The notes under the pieces were generated by a model. It saw nothing but the letters and a program-made list of their open reading frames with translations, was not told where the DNA came from and ran no database searches. This document shows positions 50,901-62,900 of a stretch of DNA of 64,000 bases, piece after piece. How positions within the stretch are numbered: the stretch's first letter is position 1; each line of letters opens with the position of its first letter. This stretch comes from Laetmonice hystrix (lineage: Eukaryota), in the NCBI GenBank assembly GCA_965235115.1, contig OZ249451.1:1736001-1800000 (forward strand), given 5' to 3'. Position numbers and translations under genes: made by a program.

Positions 50901-53900
50901 CCGTGGAAACCGTGGAGAACAAGGACCTGCAGGAGAACGTGGACAACCTGGACCTGCTGGGCCCAGTGGGCCAAGAGGACAGCCTGGTCCTGCTGGCCCT
51001 TCGGGACCAGCTGGAGAAGCAGGATCACGAGGGGAATCTGGACTTCCTGGTCCATCAGGTACATTGTCCGGTCACTCCTGACATTCGAGTAGTGATTTAA
51101 TCTATGATACGAGGAAATTAAAGTATTAATGACAATTAATGATGCCTGGTTGATTAGTTAATTGATAATTAATAGTATCTATTATTATTAATAGGACCGG
51201 CTGGAGGTCCTGGTCCAGCTGGAAACCGCGGAGAAGCCGGACCACCTGGCCCTAGTGGACAACGTGGAGAGAGAGGCCCACGCGGAGAAGCTGGGAATGC
51301 TGGTTCCCCTGGCCGTGACGGCCAACCCGGAGCAGCTGGACCAACCGGAGCGGCAGGCCCATCTGGACCTGCAGGACCCGGTGGTCCTAGAGGCGAACCA
51401 GGAGCACCTGGACCTGCTGGACCTGGAGGACCCCGTGGAGAGCGGGGAGGTCCAGGACCTGCAGGGCCCGCTGGTGAAGCCGGCCCTGCAGGACCTGGGG
51501 GGCCACGAGGACAACGTGGTGAACCAGGAAGACAAGGAACAAGAGGTAAACGTGGTAACATTTAGGCCCTATTCCGTCATGCATCTCAATAATACGACAA
51601 GAAACTGGTATCCCCAGTTTTATTAATTAACTACATCAGTATATTAGTAAAGGCATAATGTATAAATTTCAGAGCATCTGGTACATCATTAGCAATAATT
51701 GTCACCAAGCAATCCGGCAAAAGATAATAATGCTTAATCACTCTTCTCACTATAGGTGAAGCTGGCCCAGCCGGACCTCAGGGTGGCCGGGGAGAACTTG
51801 GCCCTGCTGGACCTGGTGGACCACGTGGAGAAGCAGGCCCCGCTGGACCAGCAGGACCTGCTGGTGAACGTGGACAGCAAGGATCAGCTGGATCCCCAGG
51901 ACCTCAGGGTCCCTCTGGCTCACCTGGTACAAGAGGTGAACAAGGAGAACGAGGACCTGCCGGACCTCTAGGACAACCAGGTCAGTGTACCTCCTTCTAC
52001 GGCATACACACAATTTCTAAACTGAAGACTTGTGGCATATCTTAAATCTAGTATAATAATATAATATATAATATAATAGATTTTTAAAAAACGGTCCAGA
52101 TTCTACATTCAGACTCAAGCATCCTGATGTAAAGGGATTATTTTTTAAATTCGATTAAAATTTAATATTTTATATTCTAGGCCCCAGCGGACCTGCTGGT
52201 TCCCCTGGCCAGAGGGGAGAAGCTGGACCTGCTGGACCTGCAGGACAACGTGGAGGCCCTGGTCCCAGAGGAGAAGCAGGTACACCTGGCGGTCCCGGTG
52301 AACGTGGTGAAGCTGGACCTGCTGGCCCAGCCGGTCGCGCTGGCCCATCAGGACCGGCAGGCCCAGCTGGAGAGAGAGGCGAGGCAGGACCATCTGGATC
52401 CCCTGGATCACCAGGACCAAGAGGAGAGGCAGGAGGCCCAGGACCCGCAGGCCAGCCTGGTGAAGCCGGCCCTGCAGGACCTGCGGGGCAACGAGGACAA
52501 CGTGGTGAAGCAGGGCAACCTGGTTCAGCTGGTAGGTTTATAAGTATTGATGAAAAAACACTTTCAAAATTATTCCTGTACTGAAGTATTCTCTTAATTT
52601 ATATTGATGGAGACATTGGAACTCTTTCTGAGAAAGATATTATTCGTTTATTTCAGGTGGTATTGGACCAGCGGGACCTGCAGGACAACGCGGGGAGGCT
52701 GGACCTGCCGGACGACCCGGTGGCAGAGGTGAGGCTGGCCCTGCCGGACCTGCCGGATCACCAGGTGAACGGGGACGACCAGGACCATCTGGCCCCGCTG
52801 GACCAAGTGGTCCTGCTGGGCCTGCAGGAACACGAGGAGAACAGGGAACGAGAGGAGAATCTGGATCCGCAGGACAGCCAGGTCCTTCTGGACCAGCTGG
52901 ACCCCGTGGAGAAAGAGGGGAAGCTGGACCTGCTGGTCCTGCCGGCCAACGCGGAACGCCAGGATCAAGAGGCGAACCTGGCAGTCCAGGTCCCGGCGGT
53001 AATAGAGGAGAAGCCGGACCGTCTGGACCGGCTGGACCAAGTGGCCCAGCTGGACCAGCCGGACCAGCTGGCCAGCCCGGAGAACAAGGACCCCGTGGAA
53101 CTCCTGGATCTGCTGGAACTCAGGGACGTCCCGGTGAGCGTGGTGAGGCAGGACCTTCCGGACCTGCCGGACCTTCAGGACCCTCAGGACCACGCGGAAC
53201 ACGTGGAGAGCCTGGTCAAGCTGGAGCAGCAGGTATGAGTCTTAATGCATGTCAAATGTAATGTCAAATGTAATGTCAAATGTAATGTCAAATGTAATGT
53301 CAAATGATTCGGGCAGAAGATTCCCCCTTTTAGAAAATGAGTAAAACATTATTACTCTATGAAATATAAACTTATTATAGGTGCAACTGGACCTGCTGGA
53401 CCTGCCGGACAACGAGGAGAATCTGGACCAGCTGGACCAGCTGGACAGCGGGGAGAAGCCGGCCCTGCAGGCCCTGGTGGACCACGTGGTGAGGTAGGAC
53501 CCCAGGGTTCAATTGGATCGCCTGGACCCAGTGGCCAACCCGGCCCTGCAGGCCCACGGGGAGAAGCTGGACCAAGGGGAGAGCAAGGCCAACCTGGTAC
53601 CCCAGGTATGTGATCTTTATGTGATTTATATATTCTTAAACCTACCCCTGTGTTTGAGTTTTAATTTAAATTTAAGTTCTCAAAGGATGATTCCTCACAC
53701 TCGTTTACTCACTTTGTTTTCAGGAAGTACTGGTATTTCTGGACCTGCTGGGCCGCGGGGAGAACCCGGCTCTGCAGGTCCCGCAGGCCCCGCAGGCCCA
53801 CGCGGTGAGCCAGGCCCACCTTCAACCAGAGGGGAACGGGGAGAGCAAGGACCAGCTGGTCCAGCGGGATCTCCAGGACCCGCCGGTCCAGCCGGAGGAC

Positions 53901-56900
53901 CAGGACCAAGAGGTGAAGCTGGAATTCGTGGCGGAAGAGGTGAAGCCGGAGCACCTGGGCCCCGTGGAGAGGTTGGTCCAAGTGGACCGGCCGGACCTGC
54001 TGGTACATCAGGACCATCTGGCCCAGCCGGACCAAGAGGAGAACCTGGAGAGCGAGGACAAGCCGGACTTCCAGGACCCGGAGGTATGTATCATTGAAGG
54101 TTTAATCATAGACAACTTGATGTTTAGTGGATTGTACAAGAGATTTGGTATAACATGGGATGTTCTCCATTCAGGTCCAAGTGGTCCACAAGGTCCTCAG
54201 GGAAGCCGAGGAGAACCGGGTCCGGCTGGAGGACCCGGTCCGCGAGGAGAACGTGGTGGGCGTGGAGAGGCAGGACCTGCTGGTGAACCAGGAAGAGCTG
54301 GTGAACGTGGTTCCCCCGGCCCTGCTGGACCAGCTGGTGCGTCAGGGCCCTCAGGTCAGCGTGGACAGCCGGGAGAAAGAGGCGAACAAGGACCAAGAGG
54401 AGAGGGTGGAAGCCCAGGATCACCAGGTGATGATAGAATATAAACTACTGATGATTATTCAAACCTTAATCTGTCAGCATGTTTACATTGTCTTCAGTAG
54501 TTTTCACAGAAACGTCGTTATTCTTGTAGGATCTGATGGCAGACCAGGTGGTCCGGGACCTCGTGGAGAGGTTGGACCGGCAGGTGAACCAGGGTCTGCT
54601 GGACCTGCAGGACCAAGCGGACCAAGTGGACCTGGTGGTCCACGAGGTGAACCAGGCAGCCGTGGAGAACGTGGCGAGGCCGGACCTGCAGGACCATCAG
54701 GACCTGGAGGACCCAGAGGAGAAGCTGGCCCAGCTGGGCCAAGAGGAGAAGCGGGACCTTCAGGACCATCAGGTATGTTGACCCGGAATCCTTTCGTCCT
54801 GTTTTCATTCAAAGAAATCATAAGGGGAATGACATCTGGGGGGGGGGGGGGGGGGGGGTGTTCCTCATCATGTCGTTAGCTTGTCGTATCGTTAACTCCA
54901 ATGAATTTTCAATGGGGATTTTAACGCACGACAAGATAACGACAGATGAGGAACGCACCCCAGCTGAGTCAGTGCCGTATTTCTTTTACCGAATTATTAT
55001 TTGATACAATAATTATGTCTAACGTATAGCAAAGAATAAAATACTTAACACAATATGACCTTTTCCATGTTTATTTTTAAGGACCGTCTGGACCTGCTGG
55101 ACCTGCGGGACAACCTGGAGAGGCTGGACCAGCAGGACCAGCTGGATCACGTGGCGAGCCTGGACCAAGAGGAGAGGCCGGAACTCCAGGATCAGCTGGA
55201 AACCGTGGTGAGCCTGGTGCCCCAGGACCTTCGGGACAACCTGGATCTGCCGGGTCCCCTGGAACACGGGGAGAGCGTGGCCCTGCAGGCGAACGTGGAG
55301 GTCAAGGAGAACGTGGAGAAGCTGGACCGGCAGGAACACCAGGTAGGCAAGAATAGAATCGAATGGAAGTGACATATAGACTACGCATAATCAGTATGAC
55401 ATATGAGTTCATGTGCCTAACGAGAGGTCCCCCTTTTCAATTATTTTCTTTGATGCCTGATTTGTTTTCGGGCAAAAGGCATGTCTTAAAACTTCCACCT
55501 GCAACATAATATTTTTTTTCAAATATGCGTTGCTATTTTTTTCTAACAGGTTCAGCTGGACCTGCTGGACCTGCTGGACCACGAGGTGAGACAGGCCAGC
55601 CAGGAGCAGCCGGACCATCTGGACAGCCAGGCCCTGCAGGACCTGGTGGGCCAAGAGGAGAAGCTGGACCTGCAGGAGAATCAGGACCGGCAGGCCCTGC
55701 CGGACCGGCTGGACGTCCAGGCGAGCGAGGTCAACCAGGTCCCGCTGGCGCGAGTGGCGTTCCAGGAGAGGCTGGGGCCAGAGGTCTTCGTGGTGAACAA
55801 GGTGCACGAGGAGAAGCCGGCACACCTGGATCAGCAGGTAGGACACTTTCGACATTGGATAGCCATCCCCCTAAGGCGTCAGGAAAATTCTGCTTAGATG
55901 TAAGAGTAAATGTTCCCACACTTTCCCATATTCGTGATTATGCTAAAGTAGAAAATCTTTGTAATATATATTTTGTGGGGTTTTTCATCAGGTCAACCTG
56001 GACCTGCTGGAGAGGCTGGACCGGCTGGACCATCTGGACCCCAAGGACCTGCAGGACAACGAGGAGAAGGTGGACCCAGAGGAGAAGCTGGACCTGCCGG
56101 CAGTCCCGGATCTCGAGGAGAACCGGGATCACCTGGTCCATCTGGACCTTCTGGTCCAGCTGGACCTCAAGGTGGTCGTGGAGAAAGAGGACCTGGAGGA
56201 TCCGCTGGTCCTCGGGGTGAGGCTGGAACTCCAGGTTCACGTGGTGAGCCTGGACAACGTGGTGAACAAGGCCCTGCTGGAACACCAGGTCGCCCTGGTG
56301 AAAGAGGTCAACCTGGCTCTGCTGGCTCTGCTGGACCAGCTGGACCTGCAGGACCCCGAGGAGAACGAGGAGAAGCTGGACCACAAGGTCCAGCAGGATC
56401 TCCTGGTCAAGCTGGGGAACCAGGCCGACCAGGTAAAATATGTTAATGGTTGCAGTGTTTTTGTTGTTGTCGAGGAACATATATGCTGATTGCTAGGTTT
56501 ATGTACCTTCAAAGGGCAAGTAGTGAACCATAACTTAACCACACAATTCTCATGAAGTTTCATTTATACGAATACAAAAACCTCTGACACGGCTCATAAT
56601 CCTTCTAATACAGGCGAAGCTGGACCGGCTGGTGCTCCGGGAGTAGGCCGTCCAGGCCCCGCTGGCCCTGCTGGAGCCATTGGGGAAGCTGGACCTGCAG
56701 GTGCACCAGGACCCGCTGGACAGAGAGGACAGAGAGGAGAAGGAGGCACACCTGGATCCCCTGGCCCAAGAGGTGAAGCTGGAAGTGCAGGACCTCAAGG
56801 ACCACAAGGAGCCCGTGGAGAGGCAGGAAGCGCTGGCCCTGCTGGCGAAGCTGGACCGTCTGGCCAAGCTGGTCCTGCAGGACCACAAGGAGCACCGGGC

Positions 56901-59900
56901 CAAAGAGGCGAAGGTGGCCCGAGAGGAGAGGCTGGACCAAGAGGAGAAGATGGCACACCAGGCAGTGCTGGTAGGCCAGGAGAGCGTGGACAGCCTGGGC
57001 CAGCCGGACCGCAAGGAGAGGCCGGACGTCCTGGACCAGCTGGACCAGCTGGAACCCGTGGAGAACGTGGACCAAGAGGAGAGGCAGGAACAGCAGGAAA
57101 TGCTGGCTCTCCTGGATCACCAGGTAAGCAGTGATTACGTATAATTGATTGATCTCATCTCTGACTGATTTAAACAAGAACATCAATTAGAACATTTGGA
57201 TGATACATTAAAATACAAATGTTTTGTAATACAGGGCGCGATGGATCCCCTGGTGCCGCTGGTGAACCTGGAAGAGATGGCAGCGCAGGCGCTCCCGGTG
57301 CGCGAGGAGAAGCTGGACCCCGTGGTGAGCCCGGCACAGCTGGTACACCAGGCACAGCCGGAGAACGTGGACAGCCTGGACCATCTGGACCAGCAGGATC
57401 TCCTGGATCTCAAGGTCCAAGAGGCGAGGCAGGGTCACCAGGTCCACAGGGAAGCCGTGGAGAGGCAGGTCCTCAGGGATCACGCGGCGAGGCTGGACCC
57501 AGAGGAGAATCTGGTACTCCAGGAACACCCGGTCAACGAGGCGAACGGGGAGAAGCAGGTACACCAGGCTCAGCAGGATCTCCTGGACCAAGTGGTCCAG
57601 CTGGACCTAGAGGAGAACCTGGTGCGGCAGGAACTCCAGGTGAACGTGGCGAGGCAGGAACTCCAGGGTCACCTGGTAAGTATAAGTATGCAGGCAGTGA
57701 CTTTGGGTCGAGTAATGTCATAAATAATAATCGATTAGTAAATCCAACATGGGAGGGACGAACTTCTAAATTTCGGCATTAATGATTTCAGGAAGAGATG
57801 GTTCACCTGGTGCGCCTGGACCACGTGGCGAAGCCGGAACGGCCGGAACACCTGGAACACGTGGAGAAGCTGGTCCAGCTGGACCAGCAGGGGCACGTGG
57901 AGAAGCTGGCCCAAGAGGCGAAGCAGGAGAAGCAGGCCGTCCCGGAGAACGGGGTGAGGCAGGGACACCAGGATCTGCTGGTGCACCTGGACCACGTGGT
58001 GAAGCCGGAACACCAGGATCACAAGGATCACCTGGTTCACCTGGACCTGCAGGACCAAGTGGACCTCGTGGTCAACCAGGATCCAGGGGTGAAGGTGGCC
58101 CAAGAGGAGAGGCTGGCCCGAGAGGTGAGGCCGGAACACCGGGATCGGCTGGTCGACCAGGAGGGCGTGGAGAAAGAGGACCAGCAGGTCCTGCGGGAGA
58201 AGCTGGCAGTCCAGGACCAGCGGGATCACAAGGGGCACGTGGAGAAAGTGGACCTCGTGGCGAGGCAGGAAGTCCTGGAGCACCTGGGTCAGATGGAAGG
58301 CCAGGTATGTGTGGTCTATAATACATCTATAAGACTTTCATTATGAAAAAAGGATTGTTAAAAAAAGTTTACAAAGCCGCTTACAAAGTGCACAAATCAG
58401 TAACAAAATGATATATAAGAAAGGTATTAAATATTAAGATAAAATAAATTTCTGTTAAAAGGCGAAGCAGGACCTGCTGGGCCCGCTGGCGCTCTTGGAC
58501 CAGCTGGACCTGCTGGCCCACGAGGAGCACGTGGTGAGGCTGGCCCTCGGGGAGAGCCTGGTACACCAGGTGCACCTTCACAGCGAGGGGAACAAGGAGA
58601 ACAAGGACCTGCTGGACCTTCTGGACCTGCTGGATCCCCAGGACCTCGTGGTGAGCGGGGCCCTGCTGGAGAACGTGGTGCTCCAGGAGAGAATGGCCGA
58701 CCAGGAACTCCTGGCCAGCGTGGAGAGGTAGGACCCTCTGGACCTGCTGGATCCGCTGGACCATCAGGACCTGCTGGACCGCAAGGTGGTAGGGGTGAAG
58801 CTGGACCTCGCGGAGAGCCAGGCCAACGTGGAGAACCAGGCACAGCTGGAACACCAGGTTATAGACCCTTTTGTATTTAAAAGTAAAATAGAAAATCAGC
58901 TGAGAACAAATTTATTGCTTAAAACTTTATGGAATGATATAACTTTAATGATATAATGATATTTAATTATGTATTTCTATCAAACAGGATCGGCTGGACC
59001 TGCTGGACCTCGTGGGGAACGAGGAGAGGCTGGACCAGCTGGATCAGCTGGACCTTCTGGCCCAGCAGGAAGACCAGGATCAGCTGGAACACGTGGTGAA
59101 CAGGGTCCTCGTGGAGAAGCTGGAACACCTGGATCACCTGGTCAGCGAGGAGAAGCTGGACCCGCTGGACGTGATGGCTCACCTGGAGCACGTGGAGAAG
59201 CAGGACCAGCTGGTACCCCTGGTAGGGCAGGAGAGGCTGGCCCAGCTGGACCACAGGGAGCACGGGGAGAAGGAGGACCGCGTGGCGAGTCTGGGCCAAG
59301 AGGAGAGGCAGGAACTCCAGGAACAGCTGGACGACCTGGACCAGCAGGGCGAGCAGGATCACGAGGAGAACAAGGACCTCAGGGAACCCGAGGGGAACCT
59401 GGAAGAGATGGTTCACCAGGTGGACCTGGTGCACGTGGAGAAGCTGGCCCACGAGGTGAAGCTGGAACTCCTGGAAGTGCAGGAAGTCCCGGAACACCAG
59501 GTATGTAGCGTTTTATACGAATGACAAATCAATTATCCTTATTTTCTTTTTAACATGAAGTTTTATTTGGTAAAATTCAGTGAAAGTTTTTTTTACTGAC
59601 TTTCAAAATATCTGACAGTTATGAATTCGTGTTATAGGCGAAGCTGGACAACCTGGATCGCCAGGACAACGTGGAGAGGCTGGCCCTGCTGGATCACCTG
59701 GCACGCGTGGAGAAGCAGGACCACGTGGAGAGGCTGGTACTCCTGGAACGGCAGGAACACCCGGAGAAAGAGGTAGTGCTGGACCTTCTGGACCTGCTGG
59801 ACCTAGCGGGCCTGCAGGTACACGTGGTGAGGCTGGTCCAAGAGGCGAGCAGGGTCCGCGTGGAGAGGCAGGAACACCAGGACAGAGAGGAGAACCCGGA

Positions 59901-62900
59901 GCTCGGGGAGAATCTGGACCTGCAGGAACTGCAGGAAGACCAGGGGAACGAGGTCAACCAGGTTCAGCTGGATCTGCTGGTCCAGCTGGACCAGCTGGAC
60001 CACAGGGCACACGAGGTGAAGCTGGAACTCCCGGAACACCAGGACAGAGAGGAGAAGCTGGCCCGCAAGGAAGTGCTGGTATGTTATTGAGGATTATATA
60101 TGATACCTTACACATAAACATGGCAGAAAGAAAATTACTGATCATTCATATCATATTTGGATTAAAAGTAATATATTTTGCTTGTTGACAGGCCCAGCAG
60201 GTCAACCTGGATCCGCTGGACAGCGTGGAGAACGTGGCGAACCTGGTGAGGCAGGACGCCCCGGAACCCCAGGAGGTCGAGGAGAAGCAGGACCTGCAGG
60301 AGCTGCAGGATCCCCAGGCACACAAGGACCCAGAGGTGAACGTGGTGAACCAGGAACGGATGGTTCTCCCGGATCACCTGGCTCCAGAGGAGAAGCTGGC
60401 CCTCAAGGACAGGCTGGCTCCCCTGGCTCTGATGGGCAACCAGGTCCCCAAGGACAACGCGGAGAACCTGGTCAAAGAGGAGAGCCCGGAGCACGTGGTG
60501 AATCAGGCACTCCAGGGACTGCTGGATCGCCAGGAAGAGATGGTATAGTTATATAGTTATATATTAGTTATGAACACATTTGCAGATTGTTATCGAATGT
60601 AACGTTGTCGCCTTTGACATCGTTATGAATTTCTGTTTTATAGTAGGAAAATTAATTCAAATTAACCAAATTAAATGGGTTATCAGGATCACCTGGCCAA
60701 CAAGGATCTCCTGGTACGCGAGGAGAAGCAGGACCTCAAGGCCCACAAGGTCAACGTGGAGAACCTGGAGAGCGAGGAGAGGCTGGAACTCCTGGACAGG
60801 CAGGTCGTCCTGGAGCACGTGGTGAGGCAGGACCCTCCGGATCTCCTGGATCAGCAGGACCATCAGGTCCAGCTGGATCTCGGGGTCTACCTGGAGAACG
60901 TGGAGAGCCTGGAACGAGAGGAGAGGCAGGACCTCGTGGCGAGGCTGGTAAGAAGTCAGATTTTAATTTAAAATATGGCAGGATCACAATTATTTTACCA
61001 GCAATTTGTATTCTTAGCTTTTTATGACCGTGCCATTCTTGTAATTTAAAAAATCACTTCAAAACATTCTCACCCCCAAAAATGTTTTCAGGTACCGCTG
61101 GCTCCCCTGGCCCTGCTGGCCAGAGAGGAGAACCTGGTACACAGGGTTCTGCTGGACAGAGGGGAGAAGCTGGACCTGCGGGTCAAGCTGGTCCAGCAGG
61201 CCCACAAGGTCAAAGAGGTGAAGCCGGGCCACGTGGAGAGGCTGGAACCCCAGGTTCAGCAGGACAACCTGGACCAAGGGGAGAGGCTGGAACCCCAGGA
61301 TCAGATGGTCAACCTGGTCCAAGTGGGCCAGCTGGACCACAGGGCCAACGAGGAGAACCAGGTACACGAGGTGAGCCTGGTGCCAGAGGAGAACCAGGAA
61401 CCCCAGGAAGTGCAGGAACTCCAGGATCAAGAGGAGAAAGAGGACCAGCAGGACCCTCTGGACAAGCAGGATCTGCAGGCCCTGCTGGTGCAGCTGGACC
61501 TCGTGGAGAACCTGGCAGTGATGGAGCACCAGGACGTGATGGCTCTCCAGGTAACTTTAATTTTGGTTATTATGATCTAATGTGGTAAAGACATTGTAAT
61601 CTATGCTGTTCTGAACATTGGAAGCGCATTGATATTTTGCTTAAAATGCTGTCTATATCTTTTAAAGGAGCACCTGGTCCTTCTGGGCCAGCTGGACAAC
61701 GTGGAGAAGCTGGATCTCCGGGAACACAAGGACCCCGAGGTGAGGCAGGCCCCCGTGGTGAAGCTGGAACTCCTGGATCTGCTGGTCAACCTGGAAGTAG
61801 AGGATTGCCTGGAGAACGTGGTCAGGCAGGTACACCTGGATCTGCTGGACCAGCTGGATCAGCTGGACCTCGTGGACAACGTGGAGAGCCAGGTACCAGA
61901 GGTGAACCAGGGGCAAGGGGAGAACCAGGCAGTCCAGGAACTGCTGGTTCTCCAGGCCCCAGAGGAGAGGCAGGAACTGCAGGATCCCCTGGTGCTGATG
62001 GCCAACCAGGAAGCCCGGGAGGAAGAGGTGAAGCAGGACCAAGAGGCGAAGCAGGACCACGTGGAGAGGCTGGCAGTCCAGGTGGAGCTGGGCCTGCAGG
62101 ACCCGCTGGATCACCAGGCCAGCGTGGTGAGGCAGGACCTCAAGGAGCCCCAGGAAGTGCAGGGCAACCAGGCTCACAGGGACCGAGAGGAGAGTCAGGC
62201 CCTGCTGGACCTGGAGGTGCGAGAGGTGAACCAGGCCAGAGAGGAGAAGCAGGGACACCTGGATCTGCAGGTCGACCTGGAGAGAGAGGACAGGCTGGAT
62301 CACCTGGACCTGCAGGACAGGCTGGTTCACCCGGAACCCGAGGAGAGGCAGGCCCACGAGGTGAGCAAGGACCACGTGGGGAGGCAGGAACACCTGGATC
62401 CCAAGGAACGCCTGGCCAAAGGGGAGAGGCAGGACCTGCAGGACAATCTGGTCCTGCAGGACCATCTGGCGCTCCTGGGCCAAGGGGAGAAGCAGGTGCT
62501 CCTGGAGCACCTGGCCGTGGAGAACAAGGTCCACGTGGAGAAGCTGGAACACCTGGTACTCCAGGTAGACAGGGCGAAAGAGGAGCCGCCGGACCTGCTG
62601 GTCCATCAGGACCACAAGGACCACAAGGTGGACGTGGTGAACCTGGTCAGCGAGGAGAAGCTGGACCAAGGGGAGAAGCAGGATCACCTGGTGGTGCTGG
62701 TAAGTTGAAATGAATATTCTCCACGCTTTTTATGATTTTCTTTACTCGTAATTCGATTAAAATAAACGATACTTCTAAATTCTGTATAATTTTTTTATTT
62801 TATTTATGACCACCATTTCTTGATGAAAAGTCATATAAATAATGTGGCATGAATGTGTAGGTCCGGCCGGCCCTCAGGGTCCACAAGGACAACGAGGAAC

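Noticed and set aside
54838-54858. 21-G run in the longest collagen intron
   Set aside because: Simple homopolymer of uncertain length with no evidence of function.
60884-61819. Two GLPGER sequences resembling the GLOGER integrin-binding motif
   Set aside because: GER is very frequent here so chance occurrence is expected, and collagen-binding alpha-I integrins are known from chordates. No RGD was seen in the helix.
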